Below, one piece after another: positions 18,462 to 28,789 of a stretch of DNA of 64,000 nucleotides. The number at the start of each line of letters is the position of its first letter. The first letter of the stretch is position 1. This stretch comes from Gemmatimonadota bacterium. GTDB taxonomy: Bacteria > Gemmatimonadota > Gemmatimonadetes > Gemmatimonadales > GWC2-71-9. Made by a program: the position numbers and the translations under genes. The DNA is taken from the NCBI GenBank assembly GCA_039588055.1, contig JBDHAN010000004.1, positions 807 through 64,806 of the forward strand, read 5' to 3'. Below the pieces are notes generated by a model that saw only the letters and a list, made by a program, of their open reading frames with translations, was not told the origin of the DNA and made no database searches.

Positions 18462-21209
18462 ATGATCCAATCGCGGCACGACGCCACGACGCACACACTG
18501 ACTCTCAACGGGCTCGAAGCGGCGTTCACGATGGGCGAAACCATCTACGACGTCGCGAAGCGCCACGAGCAGCCGATACCGACACTCTGCTACGACGCTC
18601 GACTGGAGTCGTTCGGCGGTTGTCGGCTCTGCGTGGTCGAGGTGGAGGGATCCCGTTTGCCGGTGGCGTCGTGCACCACGCAGGCAACGCCGGGCATGAT
18701 TGTGCGCACCGACTCTCCAGCAATCGAGAAACACAGGAAGACCCTGCTCGAGATGGTGGCCTCCGAGAACCGCGAAGTCGACGTCGATCCACTTCGCGGC
18801 TACGCCTCGCAGGAACTCACCACACTTCTCGATCGGTACACTGCCCGAAGCGGGCGCTTCGCAGGAAAGCAGTCCGGGCAGTCGCGGAGCGACGACCCCA
18901 ACCCATTCATTCTCCGGGACTACGATCTCTGCATCTCCTGCTACCGCTGCGTTCGCGTGTGCGCCGAACAAGAGGGCGATTACGCCATCAGCGTGATGAA
19001 CCGGGGCTTCGAAACGCAGATCACGACGGAGTTCGGCGGCGTCCTGAAGGACTCGGCATGCACGTTCTGCGGCCAGTGCGTGCAGACCTGCCCCACGGGA
19101 GCGCTGGCCGACCGCAAGGCAATGCGGTACGCGGACGTCGCTGGAGAGATCGAGAAGACACGGACGATCTGCCCGTACTGCGGCGTGGGCTGCTCGGTCG
19201 ATGTGCTGACCAAAGCCGATGATATGATTGGGATCCAGCCGGCGATGGACGGCCCGGCAAACGAAGGCGCACTGTGCGTGAAGGGCCAGTTCGCCTGGGA
19301 TTTCGTTCAGCATCCCGACCGGCTTGCGACGCCGCTCGTGCGCGGTGACGATGGCGAGTTTCACGAAACGGATTGGGACACTGCGCTCGATCAGGCGGCA
19401 GCCGGACTCGCGCGGGCAGTCGAAGAGCATGGACGGCACGCGGTGTATGCGGTGGCATCGGGTCGAGCCCCCACCGAAGCGGCTTACGCCATGCAGAAGC
19501 TCGTGCGGGCCGGGTGGGGCACGAACCAGATCGATAACTGCAGCCGTGCGTGACACGCTCCCACGGTTGCCGGTCTGGCAGCCACGATCGGACGCGGCGC
19601 CATGTCGAACCCATTGGCCGACATGGAGAAGCCGGACGTCATCTTCTGTATCGGTACCAACATGACCGAGTGCCACCCTGTTGCGGCTACCCGACTCAAG
19701 CGGGCGCTTGCCAGGGGGGCGAAGATGATCGTCGCCGATCCGCGGCGCATCGGCCTCGCGGATCTCGCAGACGTCTATCTGCCGATCCGCGTAGGCTCGG
19801 ATGCCGCCCTGCTGCTCGCGATGGCTCACGTCATTGCCCGCGAGGGGCTCGTCAACGAGCGGTTTGTGGCCGATCGGACCACTGGGGGCGAAGCTTTCCT
19901 CGAGCACGTGAAGGCGTTCCCGCCCGAGTGGGCTGAGAGCATCACGGGCGTGCCTGCCAAAGACATCGAGACGGCCGCGCTGTGGTACGGTCGCGCCGAT
20001 CGCGGGGCCATTTACTACACGCTTGGCGTCACCGAACACATCTGCGGCGTCGATAACGTCCAGAGTCTCTGCAACCTGGCACTGATGACCGGTAACGTGG
20101 GCCGCGAAGGCACGGGCATCAATCCCATGCGCGGACAAAACAACATCCAGGGTGCTGGTGACAGCGGAGCGCTGCCCAATAGCTATCCCGGGTTCCAGGC
20201 CGTTACCGACCCGGACTACCAGGCGAAGTTCGAAAAGCTGTACGGACGGAAGGTCGATGCCGAGAAGGGCATGACGAAGGTGACCGCCCTCGAGCTTTGC
20301 GGCGACCAGATCCGCGCCATGCTCATCGACGGCGAGAACACCGTCGTGACCGATCCAGACCGCTCACACTGCGAACACGCACTCAAGAGCCTCGATCATC
20401 TGGTCGTCATCGACCTGTTTTTGACGGAAACCGCGCAGTTGGCGGATGTCGTGCTCCCGGCCACGGCCTGGGGTGAGACCGACGGTGTCTGCACCAATAC
20501 CGAGCGGCGCGTCCAGCGTCTCCGCGCGGCGGTCCCGCCCCACGGTGATGCACGGCCTGATTGGTGGATCGTGAGCCAGATCGCGCAGCGCTTGGGATTC
20601 GCCGGATTCGACTTCGGTTCGGCCAAAGAGGTCTTCAACGAGTTGTGCAGCGTGTCGCCCATCTATGCGGGACTCGACTGGGATCGTATCGAGCACGGTG
20701 AATACCAGTGGCCAGTACCGCACAAGGAGCACCAGGGCACGTCGATACTGCACCAGGGTGAGTTCGTGAATGGACGCGGAATCTTCAGCGTCATCACCTA
20801 TCGCGATCCTGCCGAGACGGTGGACGACGAATACCCGGTCTGGCTCACCACCGGGAGGCGACTGCAGTCCTACCACACGCGTACCCAGACAGGCCGGTCA
20901 CAGGGCATCGACTACTTGTTGCCCGAAGAAACGCTGGAGGTGCATCCGTCGGATGTTGCCGCGTGGGGTTTGACGGACAGCGGGTTTGCGCGGATGCACA
21001 GTCGCCGCGGTTGTGTGCTCATCAAGGTCAAGGCTGCGACCCGCTCACCACGAGGTACGGTATTCGCGAGCTTTTCGTTCAACGACACACCGGTCAACGT
21101 ACTGACCGGTGGCGGTTATGACCCCGTGACGCACACCGCCGAGCTCAAGGTGTGCCCAGTGCGCCTCGAACCGGCCGAGCCGCCTGCCTCCACTCGGGGA
21201 GCCGCATGA
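18462..21209 (+). CDS. fdhF: Selenocysteine-containing formate dehydrogenase alpha subunit (Mo/W-bisPGD), about 915 aa
   Basis: ORFs 18216-19553 and 19602-21209 share a frame and are joined by TGA 19551-19553 in DNCSRA-U-HAPTVAGL. Also CPYCGVGC and RGQNNIQG motifs and a SECIS. Confidence 0.93.
19565..19583 (+). promoter_or_regulatory. Bacterial SECIS element
   Basis: GGTTGCC-GGTCT-GGCAGCC hairpin starting 11 nt after the UGA, closely resembling the E. coli fdhF SECIS (GGUUGCAGGUCUGCACC). Confidence 0.9.
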
Positions 21210-22621
21210 GCAGCGCGCACGCCACCACGCCCGAGGTCGACTTCCGCCACCGCATTGTTGGGCTCGATCGGGAAATCCCCCTGCTCGATGGCCGAATGGT
21301 GACGTACGTCAATCTGGACAACGCCGCGACCACGCCGCCACTTCGAGAGGTCGCAGACGCCGTACACGCGTTCCTGCCCTACTACTCGAGCGTCCACCGT
21401 GGGTCGGGATTCAAGTCTCGCCTCAGCACAATGGTGTACGACCAGGCTCACGACGCCGTTGGCCGGTTCGTGAAGGCCGATCTCGACACCAATGCAGTCA
21501 TCTTCGGGAAGAACACGACTGAGGCGATCAACAAGCTCGCGTACCGACTGCCACAGCAGGAAGACGCCGTCGTGATCACGACGATCATGGAACACCACTC
21601 GAACGATCTCCCGTGGCGGAATCGGTTCCGAGTAGTCTATGTCGGTGCCACACCGGACGGACGGCTGGACGAAGACGATTTCGACAGGCAACTCACAGCA
21701 CACGAAGGGCGCATCGCGCTCGTGGCGGTGACGGCAGCATCGAATGTGACGGGTTTGATCCAACCAGTACATCGACTGGCCCGCAAGGCTCACGACGCTG
21801 GCACCAAGATCCTGGTCGATGCGGCCCAGTTCGCACCACACCGGCGCGTCGACATGAAGCCGGACGGCGACCCCGAACATCTCGACTTCGTGGCGATCGC
21901 TGCGCACAAGATGTACGCACCCTTTGGAACCGGTGCTCTCATCGGACTGAAGGAGTTCTTTCTTTCATCCGGTCCAGAGTATCCGGGTGGTGGGACGGTC
22001 GAGGTCGTGACACTCGACGACGTGCACTGGGCGGGAATGCCCGACCGCGATGAGGCGGGCAGCCCGAACGTGATCGGCGCCATGGCCATGGCAAAGGCCG
22101 CCAACGTGCTCATGGACGTGGGCATGGATCGCGTCGCCGATCACGAAGCACAACTCACCGCCTACTGCCTCGACCGGCTGAAACGCATCCCGAAAGTACG
22201 AGTGTACGGCAACACGGACCCCGGACGCAGTCACGAGCGGGTTGGCGTCATTCCGTTCAATATCGAAGGAGTTCACCACTATTTCGTGGCAGCCGTTCTC
22301 GGCTACGAAGGTGGTGTCGGCGTTCGCAGTGGCTGCTTCTGCGCCCATCCATATGTGGTCCACCTGCTGCAACTCCCGGAAGAGGAGCAGAACACCTGGA
22401 AGGCGCGTGTCCTGGGCGGCGACAAGTCCAACATGCCGGGCCTCGTACGTGCCAGCTTCGGCTGTTACACAAACACAGACGATGTGGACCGCTTTGCCGA
22501 TATGGTGGAACGCGTGGCGTTGGGCAGGTATGAGGGTGAGTATGGGCTTCACGGATCGAGCGGTGAGTACGTGCCTGTCAACTACCAGGAGCCGCTTGCC
22601 CAGTTCTTTTCGCTCGAGTGA
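21206..22621 (+). CDS. Class V PLP aminotransferase, SufS/CsdA-like cysteine desulfurase or selenocysteine lyase
   Basis: NLDNAATT, SVHRG, MEHHSNDLPW, DAAQ, HKMYAPFG, RSGCFCA; ATGA overlap with fdhF. Confidence 0.88.
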   Translation: MSSAHATTPEVDFRHRIVGLDREIPLLDGRMVTYVNLDNAATTPPLREVADAVHAFLPYYSSVHRGSGFKSRLSTMVYDQAHDAVGRFVKADLDTNAVIFGKNTTEAINKLAYRLPQQEDAVVITTIMEHHSNDLPWRNRFRVVYVGATPDGRLDEDDFDRQLTAHEGRIALVAVTAASNVTGLIQPVHRLARKAHDAGTKILVDAAQFAPHRRVDMKPDGDPEHLDFVAIAAHKMYAPFGTGALIGLKEFFLSSGPEYPGGGTVEVVTLDDVHWAGMPDRDEAGSPNVIGAMAMAKAANVLMDVGMDRVADHEAQLTAYCLDRLKRIPKVRVYGNTDPGRSHERVGVIPFNIEGVHHYFVAAVLGYEGGVGVRSGCFCAHPYVVHLLQLPEEEQNTWKARVLGGDKSNMPGLVRASFGCYTNTDDVDRFADMVERVALGRYEGEYGLHGSSGEYVPVNYQEPLAQFFSLE

Positions 22622-22641
22622 TTCCTGCGCGGAGCGTTGGC

Positions 22642-22833
22642 TTACGGTGTCACAACGCGACGCGCCGTGTCGCGAGCCATAACCGTGTCTACGATCACCG
22701 AGTCCTGAAGGTCGATCTCCTGCTGCTCGGGGACTCGGTCAGGTGTCGCGGGGACGGTCTGACGGTCATCGGAGCATCCGAGTGACCAACAGCACACCAA
22801 CACGATAGTCACACTCTTCATGAGCCTCATCAT
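22642..22833 (-). CDS. Small putative lipoprotein
   Basis: Basic N-terminus, hydrophobic stretch and WSLGC lipobox; fills an intergenic gap. Confidence 0.5.
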   Translation of the reverse strand: MMRLMKSVTIVLVCCWSLGCSDDRQTVPATPDRVPEQQEIDLQDSVIVDTVMARDTARRVVTP

Positions 22834-22935
22834 CTGGCACCTTGGAGCCCGTCACCGTTCGCCGTGTATTCACCAAACCTTACTGGGAGAGTCGAATCAG
22901 GTGCAACCATTACGACTAAACTCGGCCGAGCGGTT

Positions 22936-25245
22936 GTGAGCGATCGCAGAACGTTTCTGTCGACCCTCGCCCTGTCGCTGGCCGGGACCGTCCGGCCCGG
23001 CGTGCGCTCGACCAGCGCTCCGGCAGTGACGGCTCGAACCACCGTCTTCTACACCCACTCCGCGGTATCTGCCAGTCTCGTTCGATTCAGCGCAACAGGT
23101 ATCGATGCCGCGGCCGGTCGGCTGCGCGTCTTCGGAACGGGGAGAAACCTCCTCGGGACAGCAGGCCTTCTCCAAGCGGATGGCGGCCTGTACGGAGAGC
23201 TCTGGCTTCCCCTGGGCGGCCCGCTGTCGGTTCGGAGTGAACTCGAAGCGCCAGGATTGCGATCGGTGCTTCGCACGACCCATCGTCTCGTTCCGAAGCC
23301 TCGCTGGACCGTGCTTTGGGTCAACGCCGCCGACCCCCACGACCTGAAGGATCGCTTTGACCGACTCTCCGACGCAGAACGTGCGGTACAGGCCGCGCAG
23401 TGGCGAGAGGCCGGCGTGAGCTCAAACCCCATGATCGATCCACGGCGGCTCCACGTGATGGATCATGTGCAGTTCTTGCGTGACGGAAGCGCGGCGCGGT
23501 CGCTCGAGGAGGCCTACGGTATCCCACTCGCACGAGTTGGCGTCTCCGTTGATTTCGCCGCCTACCCGCACACCCTGCCAATGGCGCTCAATGGCACTGG
23601 CGTCGAGTTCGCGGTCAGCACCGGTGACCCCATGGGCGGCCCCGTATGGTGGGAGGGGCCTGGGGCGTCACGGGTGCTGGTCGTTCCTCAAAGCCCGGGT
23701 GGACACGTCGTGCCAATTGGGCTCTCGAGTTCTATCGGTGACGCGATCACACAAATCGAATTGTGGCTGGAAGGGTTGGGCAATCAGGACAGTGCGCGAG
23801 ACCGCACGGCATTGGTCGCGAGCACAGGCCTGAGCGAGCGCGCGGGCCGAATCGTCACATTGGCCCGCGAGTGGAGTCGACGGTTTGCCCATCCCCGAAT
23901 CGTCACAGGCACCGGTGATGACGCTCTGGCGCTCCTGCGGGAAGCGCGGTCTACCGCACGACCAACGATGTCGTTTGATGCATCCCCGATGGCACTGCCC
24001 TCGGTAGCGACGCTCACCGAGCTCGCCCGAGAGCGAGCTGCCGCCGCTGACCGACGAGCCCGTGATACCATGGCACCCCTCGCGCGTCTGCTCGACCCTG
24101 AGCTTTCCGACGATCCGCTGGAGGTCATGGCCGACGAAATCGAGACCGCGTTCCCTGGACACCTCGTGATCAATGCGTCGCCCTTCCGACGCTCCGACAC
24201 GGTCGTGTTGCCCAGCGGCCGCACCGAATTCGTTACAGACGTGCCTGCACTCGGCTATGCCTTCGTGATCGAGCAGTCAGAGTCGGCCGCAGATGCGCCG
24301 TCAACTCGATCCAGTTCACCGTCGGTCGTGAGCACCGACACCTACCGACTCGAGATTGACCGGAAGACCGGCAGCATTCGCTCGCTGCAAAGCCCGGACG
24401 GTCATGAGTGGGTTGGTGGAGAGGGACTCAACACGATCAGAGGATCCATCCTCGAAGATCTCACAGTTGAAGATCTGGGTGCCCTCGGGGTACGGCTCAC
24501 AGCGATTCGTTGGTCATCGGACTTGGCGCAGTTCCGCAGCACGATCACCGCCTATCACTCGCTGCCGTGGATCGACATCGAAAATCAGATCGACGGCGGC
24601 ACCCTCGAGCCCATCGAGGTGTTCTTGCCGTTCGACAGCGCCGAATCGACCGTGAGCTGGGAAGTGCCGGGAGGCCACACAACGACCGCGGCGCCTGTGC
24701 GTAGGGCGGCCCACCTCCGATGGATCGCGCTGGTCGCGGATGCACGAACGGCCATCATCAGAGCGCTAGACGCGCCGTTCTTCGACGTTCGGCGTGACGG
24801 CACGATCGTGAGCCACACACCTCCCGGGCGCTCAAGAATCAGAGTGCGAGCAGCCAATTCCCCGATGTTCACCGAGGACTGTGCGCGGTTCGGGTGGGGA
24901 ACAGAACCACTCACGGTCGTGCCGGTCGCGGCACGTCCGGAGGGCCGGTTGCCCCGTTTCGGGAGCCTGGTCGTCCTCGATCAGCCTGATGCGGCAGTTC
25001 TCGGACTCGAACCTGCGCAGGAGGGAAGGGGAGCAGTTGTCTATGTTCAGGATCTGCGCGGCGAGCAGCGCATGCTGACGCTGGGTCACGGGTTGATCGC
25101 GTTCGATGATGCGCGGCAGGTCGATTACCTCGAGCGAGACCTAGGACGACCCGGCACGGCCGTCCCCGATGGGGTCGCGATCGAGTGTCCCGCCTGGGGG
25201 GTCACGGCGCTCCGCCTGGCGGGGCTCCAACTGCGAGAGGGTTGA
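22936..25245 (+). CDS. Tat-exported protein with degenerate GH38 (alpha-mannosidase)-like architecture
   Basis: SDRRTFL twin-arginine signal; WWEGPGASRVLV, VINASPFRRS, DVPALGY and EIDRKTGSIRSL segments recall GH38 middle and C-terminal domains. Confidence 0.6.
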   Translation: MSDRRTFLSTLALSLAGTVRPGVRSTSAPAVTARTTVFYTHSAVSASLVRFSATGIDAAAGRLRVFGTGRNLLGTAGLLQADGGLYGELWLPLGGPLSVRSELEAPGLRSVLRTTHRLVPKPRWTVLWVNAADPHDLKDRFDRLSDAERAVQAAQWREAGVSSNPMIDPRRLHVMDHVQFLRDGSAARSLEEAYGIPLARVGVSVDFAAYPHTLPMALNGTGVEFAVSTGDPMGGPVWWEGPGASRVLVVPQSPGGHVVPIGLSSSIGDAITQIELWLEGLGNQDSARDRTALVASTGLSERAGRIVTLAREWSRRFAHPRIVTGTGDDALALLREARSTARPTMSFDASPMALPSVATLTELARERAAAADRRARDTMAPLARLLDPELSDDPLEVMADEIETAFPGHLVINASPFRRSDTVVLPSGRTEFVTDVPALGYAFVIEQSESAADAPSTRSSSPSVVSTDTYRLEIDRKTGSIRSLQSPDGHEWVGGEGLNTIRGSILEDLTVEDLGALGVRLTAIRWSSDLAQFRSTITAYHSLPWIDIENQIDGGTLEPIEVFLPFDSAESTVSWEVPGGHTTTAAPVRRAAHLRWIALVADARTAIIRALDAPFFDVRRDGTIVSHTPPGRSRIRVRAANSPMFTEDCARFGWGTEPLTVVPVAARPEGRLPRFGSLVVLDQPDAAVLGLEPAQEGRGAVVYVQDLRGEQRMLTLGHGLIAFDDARQVDYLERDLGRPGTAVPDGVAIECPAWGVTALRLAGLQLREG

Positions 25246-25336
25246 ACCCACCTTCGATTTCAGGGTATATCTCCACTCCGTACCGTCGGGGACGTTCCCC
25301 CTTCGCCAGACGAGAGAGGCCGATCAGACAGTCGCC

Positions 25337-26800
25337 ATGACCAAGCCGTCAACGTTGGGAGACCTGAAGCAGAGTGCATGGGGTGACACGCCCATGCAGA
25401 CGCGCTCGGTGAAGGACGAGATGCGCCAGAATCTGATCACGATGCTCGAAGAGGGCCGCGAGATCTTCCCTGGCATTGTCGGCTTCGAGGACACGGTCGT
25501 TCCCCAGGTCGTGAACGCCGTGCTCGCCCGACACAACCTCATTCTGTTGGGTCTTCGGGGACAGGCCAAGAGCCGCATCCTGCGGCAACTCGTTTCCCTG
25601 CTCGACGACGCCGTCCCAATCGTCGCGGGTAGCGAAGTCAACGACAATCCATTCTTCCCGATCTCCAAACACGGTCGGCAGACGGTCGATGAGTTGGGTG
25701 ACCGGACACCGATCGAGTGGATTCCGCGGCACCGCCGCTACGTGGAGAAACTGGCGACACCAGACGTGACCATTGCCGACATCATCGGCGACGTCGATCC
25801 GATCAAAGCCGCACGGGGTGGCCATCTGCTCTCCGACGAGCTGACGATTCACTACGGACTGCTGCCGCGTAGCAACCGCGGTATCTTTGCCATCAATGAG
25901 TTGCCGGACCTCGCCGGTAAGATCCAGGTGGGACTGTTCAACATCATGCAGGAAGGCGACGTCCAGATCAAAGGCTACCCCATCCGCCTCGCGCTGGACG
26001 TCCAATTGGTGTTCTCAGCGAACCCCGAGGACTACACCGCCCGAGGAAAGATCATCACCCCGCTCAAGGACCGCATCGGCAGCGAGGTCCTCACGCACTA
26101 CCCGCCGACTGTCGAGCATGGCATGCAGATCACGGACCAGGAGGCGTGGTTGGGGCGGGACGGTCGATCAGTCGACGTTCCCGACTTCATCTCCGAGGTC
26201 GTGGAGCGCATTGCCTTCGAGGCTCGGGAGGATAAGCGCATCGATCGCCGCTCGGGTGTGAGTCAGCGGCTCCCCATCACCGTGCTCGAGCACGTGGTGT
26301 CGAGCGCCGAACAGCGCACCATTTTCTCGCACGAGAGCGAGATCGTTCCTCGCATTACCGACATCTACGGCGCAATTCCGTCGATCACTGGGAAGATCGA
26401 GCTCGAATATGAGGGCGAGCTGCAGGGTGCCGAGACGGTTGCCCGGGAACTCGTTCGCCGTGCTGCCGGGAAGGCGTTCGACACCCGATGCGGCGGACTC
26501 GACTGTGACCCGGTTGTCGAATGGTTCGATCAGGGGGGAGCACTCAAGCTATCTCAGCACCAGGCCTCCGACGCCTGCCTGAAGGGCTTTTCCACCGTGC
26601 CTGGCTTGCTCGCCGCGGTCGACTTAGCAGGATTGGCCCCACCCGGTGACGCCCCACGGATCGCGGCCGCATGCGAGTTTGTGTTGGAAGGCCTCGTGGC
26701 CCACAAACGGATTTCGCGCTCCGACGACTTCGGATACGCGCGCGTGCGAAAGCCCGGACCCAGCAGTCTCGGCGGGGCCGGCCAACAGCTGTACGGATAG
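25337..26800 (+). CDS. AAA+ ATPase (Mg-chelatase/sigma54-interaction-like; partner of a VWA protein)
   Basis: Walker A variant GLRGQAKS, IFAINELPDL, SANPEDYTARGKIITPLKDR. Confidence 0.88.
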   Translation: MTKPSTLGDLKQSAWGDTPMQTRSVKDEMRQNLITMLEEGREIFPGIVGFEDTVVPQVVNAVLARHNLILLGLRGQAKSRILRQLVSLLDDAVPIVAGSEVNDNPFFPISKHGRQTVDELGDRTPIEWIPRHRRYVEKLATPDVTIADIIGDVDPIKAARGGHLLSDELTIHYGLLPRSNRGIFAINELPDLAGKIQVGLFNIMQEGDVQIKGYPIRLALDVQLVFSANPEDYTARGKIITPLKDRIGSEVLTHYPPTVEHGMQITDQEAWLGRDGRSVDVPDFISEVVERIAFEAREDKRIDRRSGVSQRLPITVLEHVVSSAEQRTIFSHESEIVPRITDIYGAIPSITGKIELEYEGELQGAETVARELVRRAAGKAFDTRCGGLDCDPVVEWFDQGGALKLSQHQASDACLKGFSTVPGLLAAVDLAGLAPPGDAPRIAAACEFVLEGLVAHKRISRSDDFGYARVRKPGPSSLGGAGQQLYG

Positions 26801-26810
26801 CGCACCCGCA

Positions 26811-27446
26811 ATGCCCGTCATCACGATCTCGCGACAGTACGCCTCCGGCGGATCGTACATCGCGCGCCTCGCCGCGCATCATCTTGGCTGGCAGCTCGTG
26901 GACAACGAGTTCGTCGACCGCGTCGCAGCTGAGGCCGGCGTACCACGAAGTGAGGTGGAGGCAAGGGAGGAGCGCGTGCCCAGCCTTATCGAGCGCCTGG
27001 CACGGGCACTCGCCGTTTCGTCCCCCGAGATGTTCGTGGCAGCGGCGGAGCCCCCAGAGTCCCGCCTCGGATCGGAGCCCGACCTGGTCCGCGCAACGGA
27101 GGCCGTCATTCGCGAAGCGGTTCAGGCGGAGCATCGCCTCATCATGGTAGGCCGCGGTGCACAAGCCTGTCTCGCTCAGCGGGAGGACTCGTTACACGTC
27201 TTTGTGGTGGCACCGAGGCTGGCCCGCGTGCAGGCTGCCGTCGAGCGTCTCGGGCTCACTGGCGCCGAGGCGGAGGGGGTCGTGGAGCGCACGGACGACG
27301 GACGTCGGCAATACGTGAAGACATACTACGACCGCGAGTGGGAGAATGCGGACAACTACCACCTCGTCATCAACACCGGTGTCTTTTCCTACGAACAGGC
27401 CGCCGAATTGATCGTCAAAGGCGCCCGCCTCCGGGGGTGGTCGTAG
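26811..27446 (+). CDS. Cytidylate kinase-like family protein
   Basis: VITISRQYASGG, MVGRGA, YHLVINT. Confidence 0.88.
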   Translation: MPVITISRQYASGGSYIARLAAHHLGWQLVDNEFVDRVAAEAGVPRSEVEAREERVPSLIERLARALAVSSPEMFVAAAEPPESRLGSEPDLVRATEAVIREAVQAEHRLIMVGRGAQACLAQREDSLHVFVVAPRLARVQAAVERLGLTGAEAEGVVERTDDGRRQYVKTYYDREWENADNYHLVINTGVFSYEQAAELIVKGARLRGWS

Positions 27447-27452
27447 CAGCCT

Positions 27453-28733
27453 TCAGCGGGTCCCCATCAGTGACGGGGACCTGAGCAACATCAGCACCGC
27501 CGCTCCAAAGCACACCGAGCCACCGATCGCCAAGGCCCACGGCGTCCCCAAACGCTCCGCAACGGAACCGGCCTGAAGGGCCCCGAACGGTCCCAACCCC
27601 AGGAACGCCCACGCATAGAACGACACGACCCGTCCCCGGAGTTCGTCCGGCGCGATGGTCTGGAGCAACGTGTTGGTGAGGGCGGTCATGATGATCATGG
27701 CAAAGCCGAGCAGCACGAGAATCGCCAACGTCAGCACCAGCGAGCGCGACGCGGCAAAAAGCACGATCAACACGCCGAACGCCGCTGCCGCCCAACTGAG
27801 CAGCCGACCGCGCGGCAACTGATGCCCGAACACGGCGAGCCCCAACGCGCCAGCGAGCGCCCCCAGGCCCACAGCAGACATCATCCAGCCGTACGATTCC
27901 GCACCCTGTCCCAACACGTCTCGGGCCATCAGGGGCATGAGTACAAATGCCGGCAGCCCGAAGACGGAGAGCACGGCAATATTCGCCACCATGGTGCGGC
28001 TCCGGACGTCGTCCGTGATGTAGCGGAAGCCCTCACGGATGTCCTTCCACGCCGACGTCCGCGCACTCGAGGCTTGAAACTTCGGGAGCTTCATGACGAC
28101 GAGCGCCGCGATCACCGCGAGGTAGGTCACGCCATTGAGCAGAAAGCAGAGACCGACTCCCACCGCACCAATGATCACACCGGCAATGGCAGGACCCACG
28201 ACTCGCGTAGCGTTGAACGCCGACGAGTTGAGTGCGATGGCGTTCGTGAGGTCATCCTTGCCGACGAGATCGACCATGAGGGCATGTCGCGCCGGAATGT
28301 CGAAGGCGTGGGTGAGCCCGATGAGCACAGCCAGCACGATTAGGTGCCAGAGCTCAATGAGCCCCGCGAAGACCAGGAACGTCAGGATCAAGGTGAGCGC
28401 CATCGCAGCTGACTGCGTCACGACGACGACGTTCCGTTTCGAGAACCGATCAGCCAGCACCCCGGCATACAGTGTGAAGACCAGGATCGGAAGCATGCTC
28501 ACCGCATCAACAAGTCCGACATAGAACGCAGAGTCGGTCATGTCGAGCACGAGCCATGAGAACGCCACCCGCTGCATCCAGCCACCGAGGAGCGACACGA
28601 CGAACCCGCCGTAGAAGAGGCGGAAGTTCCGATGGCGGAACGCCGGGAGCAGGGCCGGACGCAGCTCCGGCGAGGCCGCAGCTTCCACCTCAGCGACTCT
28701 CGGATCGGGTTCGGTGCCTGCCATGCGACTCAT
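27453..28733 (-). CDS. MFS transporter (MFS_3/DHA3-like)
   Basis: AFRHRNFRLF, GVLADRFSKR, DIPARHA, AIALNS..FN..RVVGPAIAG; start placed at ATG 28733 behind GGAGG (28766 also possible). Confidence 0.9.
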   Translation of the reverse strand: MSRMAGTEPDPRVAEVEAAASPELRPALLPAFRHRNFRLFYGGFVVSLLGGWMQRVAFSWLVLDMTDSAFYVGLVDAVSMLPILVFTLYAGVLADRFSKRNVVVVTQSAAMALTLILTFLVFAGLIELWHLIVLAVLIGLTHAFDIPARHALMVDLVGKDDLTNAIALNSSAFNATRVVGPAIAGVIIGAVGVGLCFLLNGVTYLAVIAALVVMKLPKFQASSARTSAWKDIREGFRYITDDVRSRTMVANIAVLSVFGLPAFVLMPLMARDVLGQGAESYGWMMSAVGLGALAGALGLAVFGHQLPRGRLLSWAAAAFGVLIVLFAASRSLVLTLAILVLLGFAMIIMTALTNTLLQTIAPDELRGRVVSFYAWAFLGLGPFGALQAGSVAERLGTPWALAIGGSVCFGAAVLMLLRSPSLMGTR

Positions 28734-28789
28734 TGCGAGAACTTTCCTCCCCTTCCAGTTTACCATGTTGAGAGCCTGGCTCGAATCTC

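Noticed and set aside
19551..19601. FDH as a pseudogene or split gene
   Set aside because: The stop is TGA at the catalytic ligand position with a SECIS, so Sec recoding explains it better.
18321..20138. 605-aa minus-strand ORF, and the 128-aa ORF at 19550-19936
   Set aside because: Shadows of the formate dehydrogenase gene; no motifs.
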